Positions 1-11,976 of a stretch of 64,000 nucleotides of DNA are shown piece after piece. Source of the stretch: Sphyrna mokarran (lineage: Eukaryota); NCBI GenBank assembly GCA_024679065.1, contig JAGIQG010000009.1, positions 90,272,001 to 90,336,000 on the forward strand, read 5' to 3'. The notes below the pieces were generated by a model. That model did no database searches. It was not told the origin of the DNA and saw only the letters and a program-made list of their open reading frames with translations. Both the position numbers and the translations under genes were made by a program. Within the stretch, counting starts at the first letter, position 1. Every line of letters begins with the position of its first letter.

Positions 1-340
1 CCTCATGCCAACGCACAGTTTTGTCTAGTCTATCAAAACTTTTCATAATTTGTGTGTCACTTAACCTTCCTGCTTGAAGAAGAACAATACCAACTTCTCC
101 ACATGACTAAAGGCCCAAGTCCTTGGATCCTAGTTAACGTCCTCTCTGCATTCTTGCCAAGTCACTGAAATCTTTTCTGTTAACAGCATAATGAAATTTT
201 TTTTGACATTTTGAAGGATATTCACGGTTAATTTTTTTTCCTGTTCTTGGCAAATCAGACAGGAAGGCTCATCAATTTAAAATGATCAATAAGAGAATAA
301 AGACTGAGATTAGGGAATTATTAGATATAGAGATCGTTGT

Positions 341-785
341 AGAATGTTGCCTGGTATGGAGGGCAGGTCCTATGAGGAGAGGTTGAAGGATTTGAGGTTG
401 TTTTCGTTAGAAAGGAGGCGGCTAAGAGGGGATCTTATTGAAGCATATAAGATGATTAGAGGTTTAGATCGGGTGGACAGTGATAGCCTTTTTCCTAGGA
501 TGGAGAAAGCTAGCACGAGGGGACACAGCCTTAAATTAAGGGGTATGAGTTATAGGACGGATATCAGAGGTAGGTTCTTTACTCAAAGAGTGATTAGGGA
601 GTGGAATGCCCTGCCTGCAGCTGTTGTAGATGCGCCAAGTTTGGTGGCGTTTAAGAGGTTAGTTGATAAGTATATGGATGAGAAGGGAATGGTTTAGTTA
701 GAGGGGCATTGCTTTTTATTTTGGTCGGCACAACATCGAAGGCCGAAGGGCCTGTTCTGTGCTGTATTGTTCTATGTTCTATGTT
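341..785 (+). mobile_element. CR1 LINE 3' fragment (young subfamily A)
   Basis: ORF2 C-terminus (ORF 344..697), GGCCGAAGGGCC hairpin and (TTCTATG)n tail. Confidence 0.92.
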
Positions 786-799
786 TGAAGTATTGAGTC

Positions 800-1425
800 A
801 CATACAATTGAAGCACAGTACATCGTAACACTGAGGTATAGTTGGTCAGGTATTGAAACCAAAAAGGAAACTGGGTTTTGAGGAGAGAGCAGAACAGTGG
901 TATTCAGGATAATGGGGAAAGATAGGGTAATAGGATTAGTTTAGGATTTATACAAAGCTATAGAGAAAATGGGGATGGAGAAATTACTTTGGAGATGATG
1001 CTGAGCAATATAAAAATACTGAAAATAGGTTTTGTTTATAAATGAGAAAGGATTGTGAGCAGAGTTTAGGGCACTGGGATTAGTTTAGGATTAAAAGCAC
1101 ACTATACAGAGCATGCATAGTGGTGTAATTAGATTGGGATTGACACAGGCATATGGGGGGAGTGGGGCAGTGGTATCAGTTTGGAATATGTGGGAGAATG
1201 AATGGGGCAATTAGTTTGGGATTGATACAGGGTATGGGCCGAAAGAATAGGGCAATGTGATTAGATTGGGATTAACACGGGGTATGAGGAGTGAGGCAGT
1301 GTGATTTGATTGAGATCAACATAGAGGTACGGGGAGAGAGTGGGACAATGTGATTAGATTGGAATTGACACAAGTGTCTCAGGAGAGAGTGGAGCACTGT
1401 GATTTGATTGGAATTCTCACAGGTT
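800..1425 (+). repeat. Degenerate ~45-47-bp G-rich minisatellite
   Basis: Recurring unit ~GATTAG(A/T)TTGGGATTGATACAGGGCTATGGGGAGAGAGTGGGGCAGTG; the same unit resumes at 3580-3890. Confidence 0.8.
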
Positions 1426-1428
1426 TAG

Positions 1429-2530
1429 TGTGACAAGACTGTGGCTTTAAGAAATGTATTTGAGCCACGTTCTTGTACAGGATTTGTTAAAGCCATTTTT
1501 TCATGCATTTGGTGCTATCCTCTCTACCGGCATGTTGTTTTGTTGTTGCAGCAGCCTAATTATTGATAATGGCTAGAATTTTGGTTTTAATCTGAACTAA
1601 TACTGTTCTGTTGTTTTCCCCTGGGATTTTGCAAAGAGGGGCATCTTTGGGATGATTGGCAGGTATAGTCATGTAACAGGGAAGCTGGTCCTTTTCACAA
1701 AATAGTCATGCTTAGGAACAATTTGAAGCTGAGAGAGAGAAGTTTGTCTCTTTACACCTCTCTGAAGTTGGAAACTGAAATCTGCCAGTTTATGGAATCC
1801 TTACAGTTCAGGAGGTCATTGGGCCCATTGAACCTGTATCAATAACAATCCTATCCAGACCCTATCTCCATAACTCCATGTATTTAACTTGCTAGTCCCC
1901 CTGACGTTAAGTGGCAACTTAGCATGGCCAATTAACCTAACCTGCACATCTTAGGACGGTGGGAGGAAACTGGAGAAACCCACACAGACATGGGGAGAAC
2001 ATGCAAACTCCACATAGTCAGTCAAGTGAGGCCAGATTCAAATATGGGTCTCTGATGCTATGAAGCAATAGTGCTAACCACTATACCACCCATTTACCCA
2101 TTTTTTTTTTTGCAGATTCTGCTGTATGAGTCTTGATACCAGGTGGAAGAAATCAGTGTCTTCCTGTTTCTCTTTATCGCTCCAGAAGCTTTCTGAAAGT
2201 TCCAAGATTGGGAGCCTCAAAGATTTGATCCAATATTCAAAGGACCAATTCACAGCAGATGTTAAAAAAACTGCATATCCAGTATCATGTGAGCATACTT
2301 GCTTTAGTCCTAACTTTATCTGAAGAAGGGATTGTCTATGGGATTGTTGTACATTGGAACAACAAAGATGGCTAGCTTTTAAGAAAGATACTTATCATGT
2401 CTAAGGTTTGTAATTGGTAAAAGTTATGCTAATTCTTTTTGTTATATCTTGTGTTCTTAAATAAAGTTATTTGATAAAAGTTTCTGAGTTCGTCACTTGA
2501 ATTGTACCTGGAGTGAAACACCTTGAAAGC
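1429..2530 (+). mobile_element. Probable LTR-derived repeat containing a SINE
   Basis: Starts TGTGACAAGACTGTGGCTTTAAGAAATG, a head shared with 8607 and ~11664. Shares TTGTAATTGGTAAAAGTTA and ACCTGGAGTGAAACA blocks with 8607-9329. Confidence 0.5.
1791..2095 (-). mobile_element. HE1/V-SINE-type tRNA-derived SINE
   Basis: TGGTTAGCAC A-box, central GGAGTTTGCA-GTTCTCCCC..TTTCCTCCCAC core and CR1-type tail. Confidence 0.8.
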
Positions 2531-2552
2531 GATTCTCTCAAAGAAGTTCTCA

Positions 2553-3275
2553 GTGCTGAATTTGTGGGAAATCTGGTGTACAGCATGATTGTTTTTTCAG
2601 TGGGATTCAGACCTGAATATCCCACACTCTGTGTCATTCAGATGACTCTGTACATGTGTAGTGGCCCCAAATCGTCAGCCTGCACTTTGCTGGAAAGTTT
2701 GATCGCTGGCCAGCTCCACGACCTCCCAGTGCTGCCCTCCACAGCCCGATCGCAGCCCCATGACCATTCCCAGGCCAGTCCTGACCTCCCCGCTCCAACC
2801 CCAGAGCAGTCCAATCTCCTGCACCGCCCATCTCTAGGAGTGAAAATCCCCTGCCCCCACCCCACTCACAGGAGGCAGACCCCTGGCAGACTACCTCTAA
2901 CCCACCCAGATTGCTGGCTTCCCTCCAGCCCAACTGATCCTGTCTGGAGTGATATCAGGACTCTCACCCCACTGATGGCCCCTAGGCCCCACTTCCCCTT
3001 GGCACAGATCCGTGCCCAGTGAACAATGCCAAGGTGCACCCTGGCCATAGGTACTTTCAGCAGTGGCAGGAGTCACAGGCTGGCAGTGCTAGGGTGTCCA
3101 AGCTCAGGGAGCACCACCTTCTCACCTCCCAACTCCAGGGGGAGCCAATTACTCCCTTAACCTCAGAATGGTCTGCCACCAGTTCCCTGAAAATGGGGAG
3201 CTGTTGTAAACCCCACCGGAGTGAAATTGTACTGGTGGTGTGGAAAATGCTATCAGATCTGGAAAATTCAGTCCC
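2553..3275. mobile_element. GC-rich MITE-like element with imperfect TIRs
   Basis: GTGCTGAATTT at the left end and GGAAAATTCAGTCC at the right end; no coding homology recognised. Confidence 0.4.
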
Positions 3276-3579
3276 AGGTCCGATAATTACATTTAATTAA
3301 CATTAATATAAGATTAAGTTTACATACCTGCTGGTCCTGCCTGTTTTCAGAGCGGCCCTGACCACACCAGACATCCGTCACTGGGTAATGTGCACACATT
3401 GGGAACATCATGCGTGAACCCCATGAATCCCACATGCATAATTCTCCCAGCTTGACATGCTGAAAAATTAGGGTGTCGGGATGGTAGAATCGCTCCCACT
3501 TATGCTTACCAATATGAAAATCAAATGTAAAACATAGAGTCTAACCTAATCTCACAATACATCTTGATGTTTCTGGCGT

Positions 3580-3890
3580 GGGATTTAACAAATGAGAGAT
3601 TGGGATGGTGCAATTACACTGGTATTGACACAGAGGCATGGGGTATGTGGGGGATGGTGTGATTAGTTTGTGCATAATACAGAGTTGTGGACAAGGTTGG
3701 CAGAGGGATTAGATTGGGATTGATGTAGGAATATGAGGAGAGAGTAGGCCAGTAAGAATAGTTTGGGATCGACATAGGATTATGGGGAAAGAATGGGACA
3801 GTATGGTTAGATTGGGATTAATATAGGGCAATAGGGAGAGGGTGGGGCAGTGGAGTTAGTTTGGGATTGATACGGGGCTATGGGGAGAGA
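3580..3890 (+). repeat. Continuation of the same minisatellite
   Basis: Same unit repeated about 6-7 times. Confidence 0.8.
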
Positions 3891-5137
3891 ATAGAACATA
3901 GAAAATTACAGCGCAGAACAGGCCCTTCGGCCTTCGATATTGCGCCGACCAATTAGGAAAAAACAATGACCCTCTAACCTAAACCATTCCCTTTCCGTCC
4001 ATAAACTTATCTACTAACCTCTTAAACGCCACCAAACTTGGCGCATCTACAACTGCCGCAGGCAGGGCATTCCATACCCTTACCAACCTCTGGGTAAAGA
4101 ACCTACCTCTGATATCCGTCCTATAACTACCACCCCTTAATTTAAAGCTATGTCCCCTCATGCTAGCTTTCTCCATCCTAGGAAAAAGGCTATCACTGTC
4201 CACCCTATCTAAACCTCTACTCATCTTATATGTTTCAATAAGGTCTCCTCTTAGCCGCCTTCTTTCTAACGAAAACAATCTCAAATCCCTCAGCCTCTCT
4301 TCATAAGACCTGCCCTCCATACCAGGCAACATCCTGGTAAACCTCCTCTTGTACCCTCTCCAATGCCTCCACATCTTTCTTATAATGCGGGGACCAGAAC
4401 TGCACACAATACTCCAAGTGCGGCCGCACTAGAGTTTTGTACAGTTGCAACATGATGCTGCGGCTCCTAAATTCAATTCCCCTACCAATAAAAGCTAAGA
4501 CTCCATATGCCTTCTTAACAACTTTATCCACTTGACTGCCTACTTTCAGGGATCTATTGACACATACACCAAGATCCTTCTGTTCCTCAACACTATTAAG
4601 AGCCCTACCATTAGCCCTATACTCTAAACATTTATTGTTCGTGCCAAAGTGCATTACCTCACACTTTTTCACATTAAACTCCATTTGCCACCTCTCGGCC
4701 CAGCTCTGCAACTTGTCCAAGTCACTCTGTAAACTATAACACCCCTCTTCACTATCTACCACTCCACCGACTTTAGTGTCATCTGCAAATTTACTGATCC
4801 ATCCCTCAATACCCTCATCCAGATCATTTTTAAAAATTACAAACAGCAGGGGCCCCAAAACAGACCCCTGAGGCACACCACTCGTCACCGAACTCCACGA
4901 TGAATATCTCCCATCAACCACCACCCTCTGTCTTCTATCTGCTAGCCAATTCCTAATCCAATTAGCTAAATCACCCTCAATCCCATACATCTGCATTTTC
5001 TGCAGAAACCTTCCATGGGGCATCTTATCGAATGCCTTACTAAAGTCCATATATACCACATCAACTGCCTTACCCCCATCCACCTCTTTGGTCACTTTTT
5101 CAAAAAACTCAATAAGGTTAGTAAGGCACGACCTACC
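3891..5137 (-). mobile_element. CR1 LINE, 5'-truncated (subfamily A)
   Basis: RT ORFs 4301..5095 ([14 protein letters not shown]) and 3979..4407 with one frameshift; tail at 3891. Confidence 0.95.
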
Positions 5138-5139
5138 GA

Positions 5140-8100
5140 CTCAGGAACTGCTAGGCAACAAATCCTCCATTTGCACATCGATCAGAGCGAAGAACCTCAT
5201 TAGACACAACCATACCCTTAATATCGCAAACCGCTCTCACTATCTCCCAGGCAGATACTCCAGGAAGCATGGAAAATGTACAGGTCTGCAGGTGAGAGTG
5301 AAAATCCTCCCCAGCTTATTGCTTGCAAATGCACAGTTTCTGGAAAACAAGCTGGATGAACTCAGAGCCAGACTCATTTCCAAAAAGAACTGAGGGACCG
5401 CCGTGTACTCTGTTTCAGAGACATGGCTCACTCCTTCTTCACCGGACAATGCCCTACAATCAGAGTGCTTCTCAATCCATTGAATTGACTGTACAGTGGC
5501 CTCAGGCCAGTCTAGGGGAGGTGGGGTCTTCTTCCTAATCAACAGCTTATGGTGCCTAGACTTAACAACAGTGGCAACTTTCTACTCCCCAGACTTAGAA
5601 TATTTGATGCTAAAATGCCACCCTTGCTACCTTCTGCGAGAGTTCACTTCTGATATCCTGATGGCAGTTTACATCCCACCCCATTGGGATCACACTGCAC
5701 GATACGTGCACCACTATCAATACCCTTGAGAGAAACATCCTGAAGTCTTGTTCATCGTGGCCGGGGACTTCATTCAGGCCAAGCTCAAGAGTGTACTACC
5801 AAGTTACCACCAACATGTCTCCTCTGTTCCAAACATCCTAAACCACTGATACACGAATATCAAACATGCCTACTGGTTTATTGCCCACTCACACTTTGGC
5901 AAATCAGACCACAAGGCTGTGCTCTTACTCCGGCTTACAAGCAAAAACTGAAGTGGAAGAATTTATCAAAGAGAGTCATGCAATGTTGGTCTGAGGAATC
6001 CGATGATCTCCTACGGGATTGCTTGGAGTCAGCTGACTGGTCAGTATTTTAAAAACTCTGTGACCAGTCTGAATGAGTACACCACTACAGTAACTGACTT
6101 CATTAGTAAGTGTGTGAAAAACTGTGTGCCAAAGAAGCAAATCCGTGTGTTCCCCAACTGGAAACCATGGATGAACAGGAATATCCACTGCTTGCTGAAA
6201 TCCAAGTCTGAGACGTTCAGGTCAGACAACACTGACCTATACAAGAAAATCATTTATGATCTAAAGAGATCCATCAAAGATGTCAAAAGACAATCCCGGA
6301 CTAAGCTAGAGTTCCAGGCTAGCCACACAAACACCTGCTGACTGGCAAGGTCTGCCAAGACATAACAGGCTACAAGATGAAGGCATGTAAAATCACTGGC
6401 TCCAACGTGCCCCTCCTTGATGAACTCAATGCATTCTATGCCTGTTTTGAGCAAGAGGTCAGCGAGGGCACGCCCTCCACCCTCAGTGAACCAATATCTT
6501 GAGTCACCATTGCAGATGTCAGAGCAGCTTTCTCGAAGGTCAACCCACAGAAAACAAATGGCCCAGATGGGGTACCCGGATGTACATTCAGATCCTGCAC
6601 AGACCAGCTGAAGGGGGTATTCACAGACATCTTCAACTTCTCTTTACAATAATCTGAGGTCCCTATCTGCTTCAACAAGACAACCATCATGCCTATACCC
6701 AAGAAAAACTAGCAGTGGCACAGTAGTATAGTGGGCGGCACAGTAGTACAGGGGTTAGTACTGCTGCTTCACAGATCCAGGGACCTGGGTTCGATTCCTA
6801 GCTTGGGTCACTGTCTGTGTGGAGTTTACACATTCTCCTCGTGTCTGCATGGGTTTCCTCCGGGTGCTCCGGTTTCCTCCATGGTTCAAAGATGTGCGGG
6901 TTAGATCGATTGGCCACGCTAAAATTGCCTTTAGTGTCCTGAGATGCATAGGTTAGAGGGATTAGCGGGTAAATATGTAAGGATAAGGCGGGTAGGGCCT
7001 GGGTGGGATTATGGTTGGTGCATACTCGATGGGACAAATGGCCTCTTTCTGCACTGTATGGTTTCTATGATTAATGACTACTGGCTGGTGGCTCTGACAT
7101 CCATCATTATGAAATGCTTTGAAAGATTAGTCATGGCACAAATCAATTCCAGCCTCCTGGACTATGTGAATCCACTACAATTTGCCTACCATCCACAGCA
7201 GACGCCATTTACCTGGTCCTGCACACAACCTTGGAACACCTAGATAACAAAGCCACCTACGTCAGACTCCTATTTATTGACTACAGCTCAGCTTCAACAC
7301 TATTATTCCCATGAAACTTATCTCTAAATTCCATGGCTTGGGCCTCAACATCTCCCTCTGTGAATGGATCCTGAATTTCCTAACTCACAAACCACAATCA
7401 GTAACGATAGGCAACAACACTTCCTCCACAATCATCCTCAACACCCCACAAGGCCGTGTTCTCAGCCCCCTACTGTTCACCTTATTCATCTATGACACTG
7501 TGGCCAAATTCTCCTCCAATTCGCCTTCCAAGCTGATAACACCATCATAAGTGGATCTCAAACAATGACGAGACAGAGTACAGGAATGAAATGGAGAATC
7601 TGGTGAATTGGTGCAGCAACAATAATCTCTTCCTTAATGTCGACAAAAAAGAAATTGTCGTCGACTTCAGGAAGCGTAAAGGAGAACATGCCCATGTCTG
7701 CACCAATGGGGATGAAGTAGAAAGGGTTGAGAGCTTCAAGTTTTTAGGTGTCCAGATCACCAATAACTTGTCGTGGCCCCCCGCCCTCACCCCTGCTGCC
7801 AGCATTATAGTTAAGAAAGTCCACCAATGCCTATACTTTCTCAGAAGACTCAGGAAATTTGATATATCAGCCACGATTCTCACCAACCTTTATAGACGCA
7901 CCATAGAAAGCATTCTTTCTGGTTGTACCACAGCTTGGTATGAGTCCTGCTCTGACCAAAACCACAAAAAACTACCAAAGGTCATGAACGTAGACCAATC
8001 TATCACGCAAACCAGCCTCCCATCTATTGACTCTGTCTACATTTCCTGCTACCTTAGCAGAGCAGCCAGCATAATTAAGGTCATCCACACCCTGAACATT

Positions 8101-8368
8101 CTCTTCCATCTTCTTCCTTCGGAAAGAAGATACAAAAGTCTGAAGTCACATACCAACCGACTCAAGAACAGCTTCTTCTCTGCTGTTGTCAGACTTTTGA
8201 ATGAACTTACCTTGCATTAAGTTGATCTTTCTCTACACCCTAGCTATGACTGTAAACTACATTCTGCGCTCTCTCGTTTCCTTCTCTATGAACAGTATGT
8301 TTTGTCTGTATAGCGTCAAGAAAAATACTGTATGTTAATACATGTGACAATAAGAAATCAAATCAAAA
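5140..8368 (+). mobile_element. Rex1/Babar LINE, near full length and degraded
   Basis: Endonuclease start LPSLLLAN..LENKLDEL and GGGV, PNWKPWM, RT VALTSIIMKCFERLV, C-terminal ORF 7591..8220 ending RLKNSFF, and (AAATC)n tail. Confidence 0.85.
6718..7070 (+). mobile_element. HE1/V-SINE inserted into the Rex1 RT
   Basis: GGGCGGCAC..GGTTAG A-box, GGTTCGATTCC B-box, V core and CR1-like tail. Rex1 coding sequence (PKKN | LNDY) resumes on both sides. Confidence 0.88.
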
Positions 8369-8606
8369 ATAAATTACTCTCGTCTCCATCTTAAATGGGA
8401 GGGATTATTTTTCTCTAGTTCTACTTACCTCCATGAGGGGAACATCCTCAGCATCTATCCTGTGTGATGAATACTGAGCTTTATGACATTCTCTGTTTTA
8501 CTTTGGGTTAAAGGTGCTTTTCAAAACATAACTTTTTAATCACCTCAGCTCAGACATGCCACGTCATGTCATTCAGTTACCAAAGAGAAACTCAACCAAA
8601 CTCCAC

Positions 8607-9329
8607 TATGATGATACTGTGCCTTTAAGAAATATATTTTAACCATGTTTCTCTGCCGTTATTTTCATGCACAGCTGGCAGCTTTGTTTTAATGTCATGC
8701 TGACTGTACCAGTATCTTTTATTGTTGCAATGGGCCTTTCTAATTTGGCCTAATGCTGTGTCCTGGTACCTTGGGCACTTTTTTCTTCCTCACAGAGAAA
8801 ATTCAAGGTTTAGTTTCAGTTTGTTAGACTGCAAATTGGAAATGGTATTTTTGTCTCTCTTTAGAGTAAAAGTTCTGCTGTTGGTAATTTGCTAACTAGA
8901 AGCTAGAGGTAAGCAGTAAGCTCTATTTCTATCTCAATGTGGCTGGGAACTCCTGAACTAGGAATGTCAGAGCTTCAATTCTCCATCCAAAGGATTAAGT
9001 CACAGAAAATGTTGCAAAGCTGCAAAATCCACTCTCAAGACTGCATACTTGCTTTCTGTGCTTAAACCTAGAACTTATGTTCATAGGGATGTTTGATTGG
9101 AACAGTATATTTAACTGCTAAGATATATACAATATCATTTTTTTTCTTATTTGTAATTGGTAAAAGTTACTGCTAATTGTAAATCTGTTTTCCTGCAAAT
9201 CTGTTAACTGTTTGACAAAAGCTCCCTAGTGGGCCACTTGAGTCATACCTGGAGTGAAACATCTTGTGCTTATCTTAGCTAAATTCAAAAAGTGCAAAAT
9301 TTATGGAGTTTCTGACTTGGATTACAACA
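8607..9329 (+). mobile_element. Probable solo LTR
   Basis: Head TATGATGATACTGTGCCTTTAAGAAAT, end ACAACA; related to the copies at 1429 and ~11664. Confidence 0.5.
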
Positions 9330-9810
9330 ATATTGAGATGGTGTTCAAAAGTGTCTTATAGGAACAATAACAGCTGTTACTTGAAATGCAGAAATAAGTA
9401 AGTCATTGCTGTGAAAGCTGGGGAGTTTTTTTTTATTTAACAGCCAAGCAGGATACCTGTGATAGTTCAGTTTAAAAGAGAGAAAAGAACAGATATGATC
9501 CATCATGATTTGAGGAACAGAAATTCATTAAGGATCAATGCTTTGCTTGTGTTAATCATATCCAGGAAATCTTGGGCTGTGCAAAATGATTATTAAAGAA
9601 ATCAGAGGTTTCGTCTTGATGTGACACATAGAAGGAAACCTGCTGGTGATCTGGAAGTAATTGTGAAACTTTTTCTGTAATGCTACACATCAGCTGGAAG
9701 CATCGCATTGTGTGAAAGCATTTTGTAAGACATATTTTGGTTGTATTGCTTAGTGAATGCAAAATTTATCTTTTCCTTTAGTTTCAGCAGCATATTGACA
9801 TGGATAAAAT

Positions 9811-10145
9811 CATAGAAGAAAGATAGAATCTCTACAGTACAGATGAGGCCATTCAGCCCATCAAATCTACACCGACTCTCTGACAGAGTATGTTACCCAG
9901 GCCATCTCCTCTGCATTGTAACCTGACACATTTACAATGCATAATCCAGCTTACCTACATACCTTTGGACATCGAGGGGCAATTTAGCATGGCCAATCCA
10001 CCTAACTTGCACATCTTTGGATTGTGGGAGAAAATTGAAGCACCTGGAAGAAAGAGCGTGCCAACTGTAAAGACAGTTACCTGAGGCTGGAACTGAATGT
10101 AGATCACTGGAGCTGTGAGGCAGCAGTGCTAACCACTGTGCCAGC
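9811..10145 (-). mobile_element. HE1/V-SINE
   Basis: GGCACAGTGGTTAGCACTGCTGCCTCACAG head on the minus strand, degenerate core and tail. Confidence 0.8.
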
Positions 10146-10260
10146 CCAAAGGTTGGCTGGCTAACAGGAAGCAGACAGTAGGCGTAAACAGGTCTTTCTC
10201 AGGTTGGCAGGATATAGTGGTGACTAACCACAAGGATTAGTGCTGGGACCTTAACTGTCT

Positions 10261-11344
10261 GGTTGTGAAGAAAGCATATAGTATGCTAGTCTTTATAGGA
10301 AGGGGTATAGAGTACAACAGCTGGCCTTTAATGTTGCAGTTGTATAAAACGTTGGTTAGGCCTCATTTGGAATATTGCATCCAGTTCTGGTCACCTTACT
10401 ACCGGAAGGACGTGGAGACTCTGGAGAGAGTGCAGAGGAGGTTTACCAGGATGCTGCCTGGTATGGAAGGTCTGAGTTACGAGGAGAGATTAGGCAAATC
10501 AGGACTGTTTTCCTCAGAAAGACGTAGACTTAGAAGAGATCTGATAGAGGTGTACAAGATTATGAGGGGTATAGATAGAGTAAACAGGGTTAAGCTTTTT
10601 CCTAGGATGGACATAAATACCATGTGGGGTCAAGGCTTAGGGTGAGTGGGTAAGGTATAATTTAGATCTAGAGGTAGTTTTTTCCAGAGGGTGGTGGCGG
10701 TATGGAACGTGCTGCCAAGTGGTGGAGGCAGGCACTCTGGAGTTATTTAAGAGATACTTAGATGGGCACATGAACAGAATGGGAATGGAGGGATATAGAA
10801 AACTGGTTTAAAATAGGGATCATGAGCCTTGGAGTTCCCTGGGAAGTGTGTAAATTGTCAATAATATTTATGTATTTGTTTTATCCTACAGGTACTTTGG
10901 TCCGCCTTGTTGTCTAACAAGGGGCATACACGCAAGGGGTCGTAAGAGGGCTGCTCTTGGATTGTTTTTTGAGAGTATCCTAGTGCTTCATGTCATTAGT
11001 GTACGCTTGACCTGGACTATTTGATGGGCAACACGACAGCTCAGTGACTATCGCTGTGCTGTGCAGATACATGGATTTGGGCCTGTGTCTGTGGGAGTTT
11101 GCGCATTCTCCCTGTGCTTGTGTGGGTTTTCTCCAGGTGCTCCGGTTTCCTCCCACATCCCAAAAATGTGCTCTTAGGCTGACTGGCAGAACAAATTCTC
11201 CCTAAATTGTGTCAAATTTGGTTTCAATGCATAGATCTATAAACATAGACAGGGATCATGGGTAGAAGTGGGAACATCGAGGTGGTGGCATGAGCTCATT
11301 GGGCCGAAGGGCCTGTTTCCCGTGCTGTTTTGTTCTTTGTTCTT
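10261..11344 (+). mobile_element. CR1 subfamily B 3' fragment with extended 3' UTR (hairpin + captured SINE), inserted into an older CR1
   Basis: ORF2 C-terminus (10265..10645), ~530-nt 3' UTR, (TTCTTTG)n tail. TGTCT duplicated at 10256-10260 and 11345-11349; the host CR1 RT resumes across the insertion. Confidence 0.88.
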
Positions 11345-11976
11345 TGTCTACAATTTATATAATGACTTGGATGAAGGGACTGAAAGATTGGTTGCTAGGC
11401 TTGCTTATGTGACAAAGTAGGAAAGTTGTAAAGAGGACAAGAGGGGGCTACAAATAGACTTAGATAGGTTAATTGTATGGGCAAAGTACCATGTTGGAAA
11501 ATGTGGAATTGTCAATTTTGGCAGGAGAATAAAAAAGCAAACTATTTAAATGATGAAAGGTTGCCAAACCCTGAGTTGTAGAGGGATCTGGATGTCCTCA
11601 TGCATGAATCACAGAAGGCTCATACAGAGGTACAGCAAGTAGTTAGGAAAGCTAATAGAATGTTATGATGATACTGTGCCTTTAAGAAATGTATTTGAGC
11701 CATGTTCTTGTGTGGGATCTGTCGTAAACGGATAACTACCTATTTTTAAACAATGAGTATGGGTGTGCGTGCGTGCATGTGACTAAGTTAATTGAACTGA
11801 AAACAGTCAGAAAGTGCAAGTCATCAAAAGGTTTGGTATTAAACAGGCATTTTGAAATGAAGATTAGCAAAGCTAAGATGGAGATAGAACATAGAACATA
11901 GAACATTACAGCACAGAACAGGCCCTTCGGCCTTCGATGTTGCGCCGACCAAAATAAAAAGCAATGCCCCTCCAAA

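Noticed and set aside
800-1425. CRISPR-like array
   Set aside because: Head-to-tail degenerate units without unique spacers, eukaryotic context and no cas genes.
2513-3300. Overlapping 60-169-aa ORFs
   Set aside because: GC-rich repeat interior with no recognisable domain or splice support.
6732-6800. tRNA gene
   Set aside because: The A/B boxes belong to a SINE head that continues into the V core and LINE tail; no cloverleaf or terminator.
10897-11020. Y RNA resemblance (TTGGTCCG ... CGCTTGAC)
   Set aside because: The third copy reads CTTAAAC and GGTCCA pairs without the bulged C; there is no oligo-U terminator. Probably chance.
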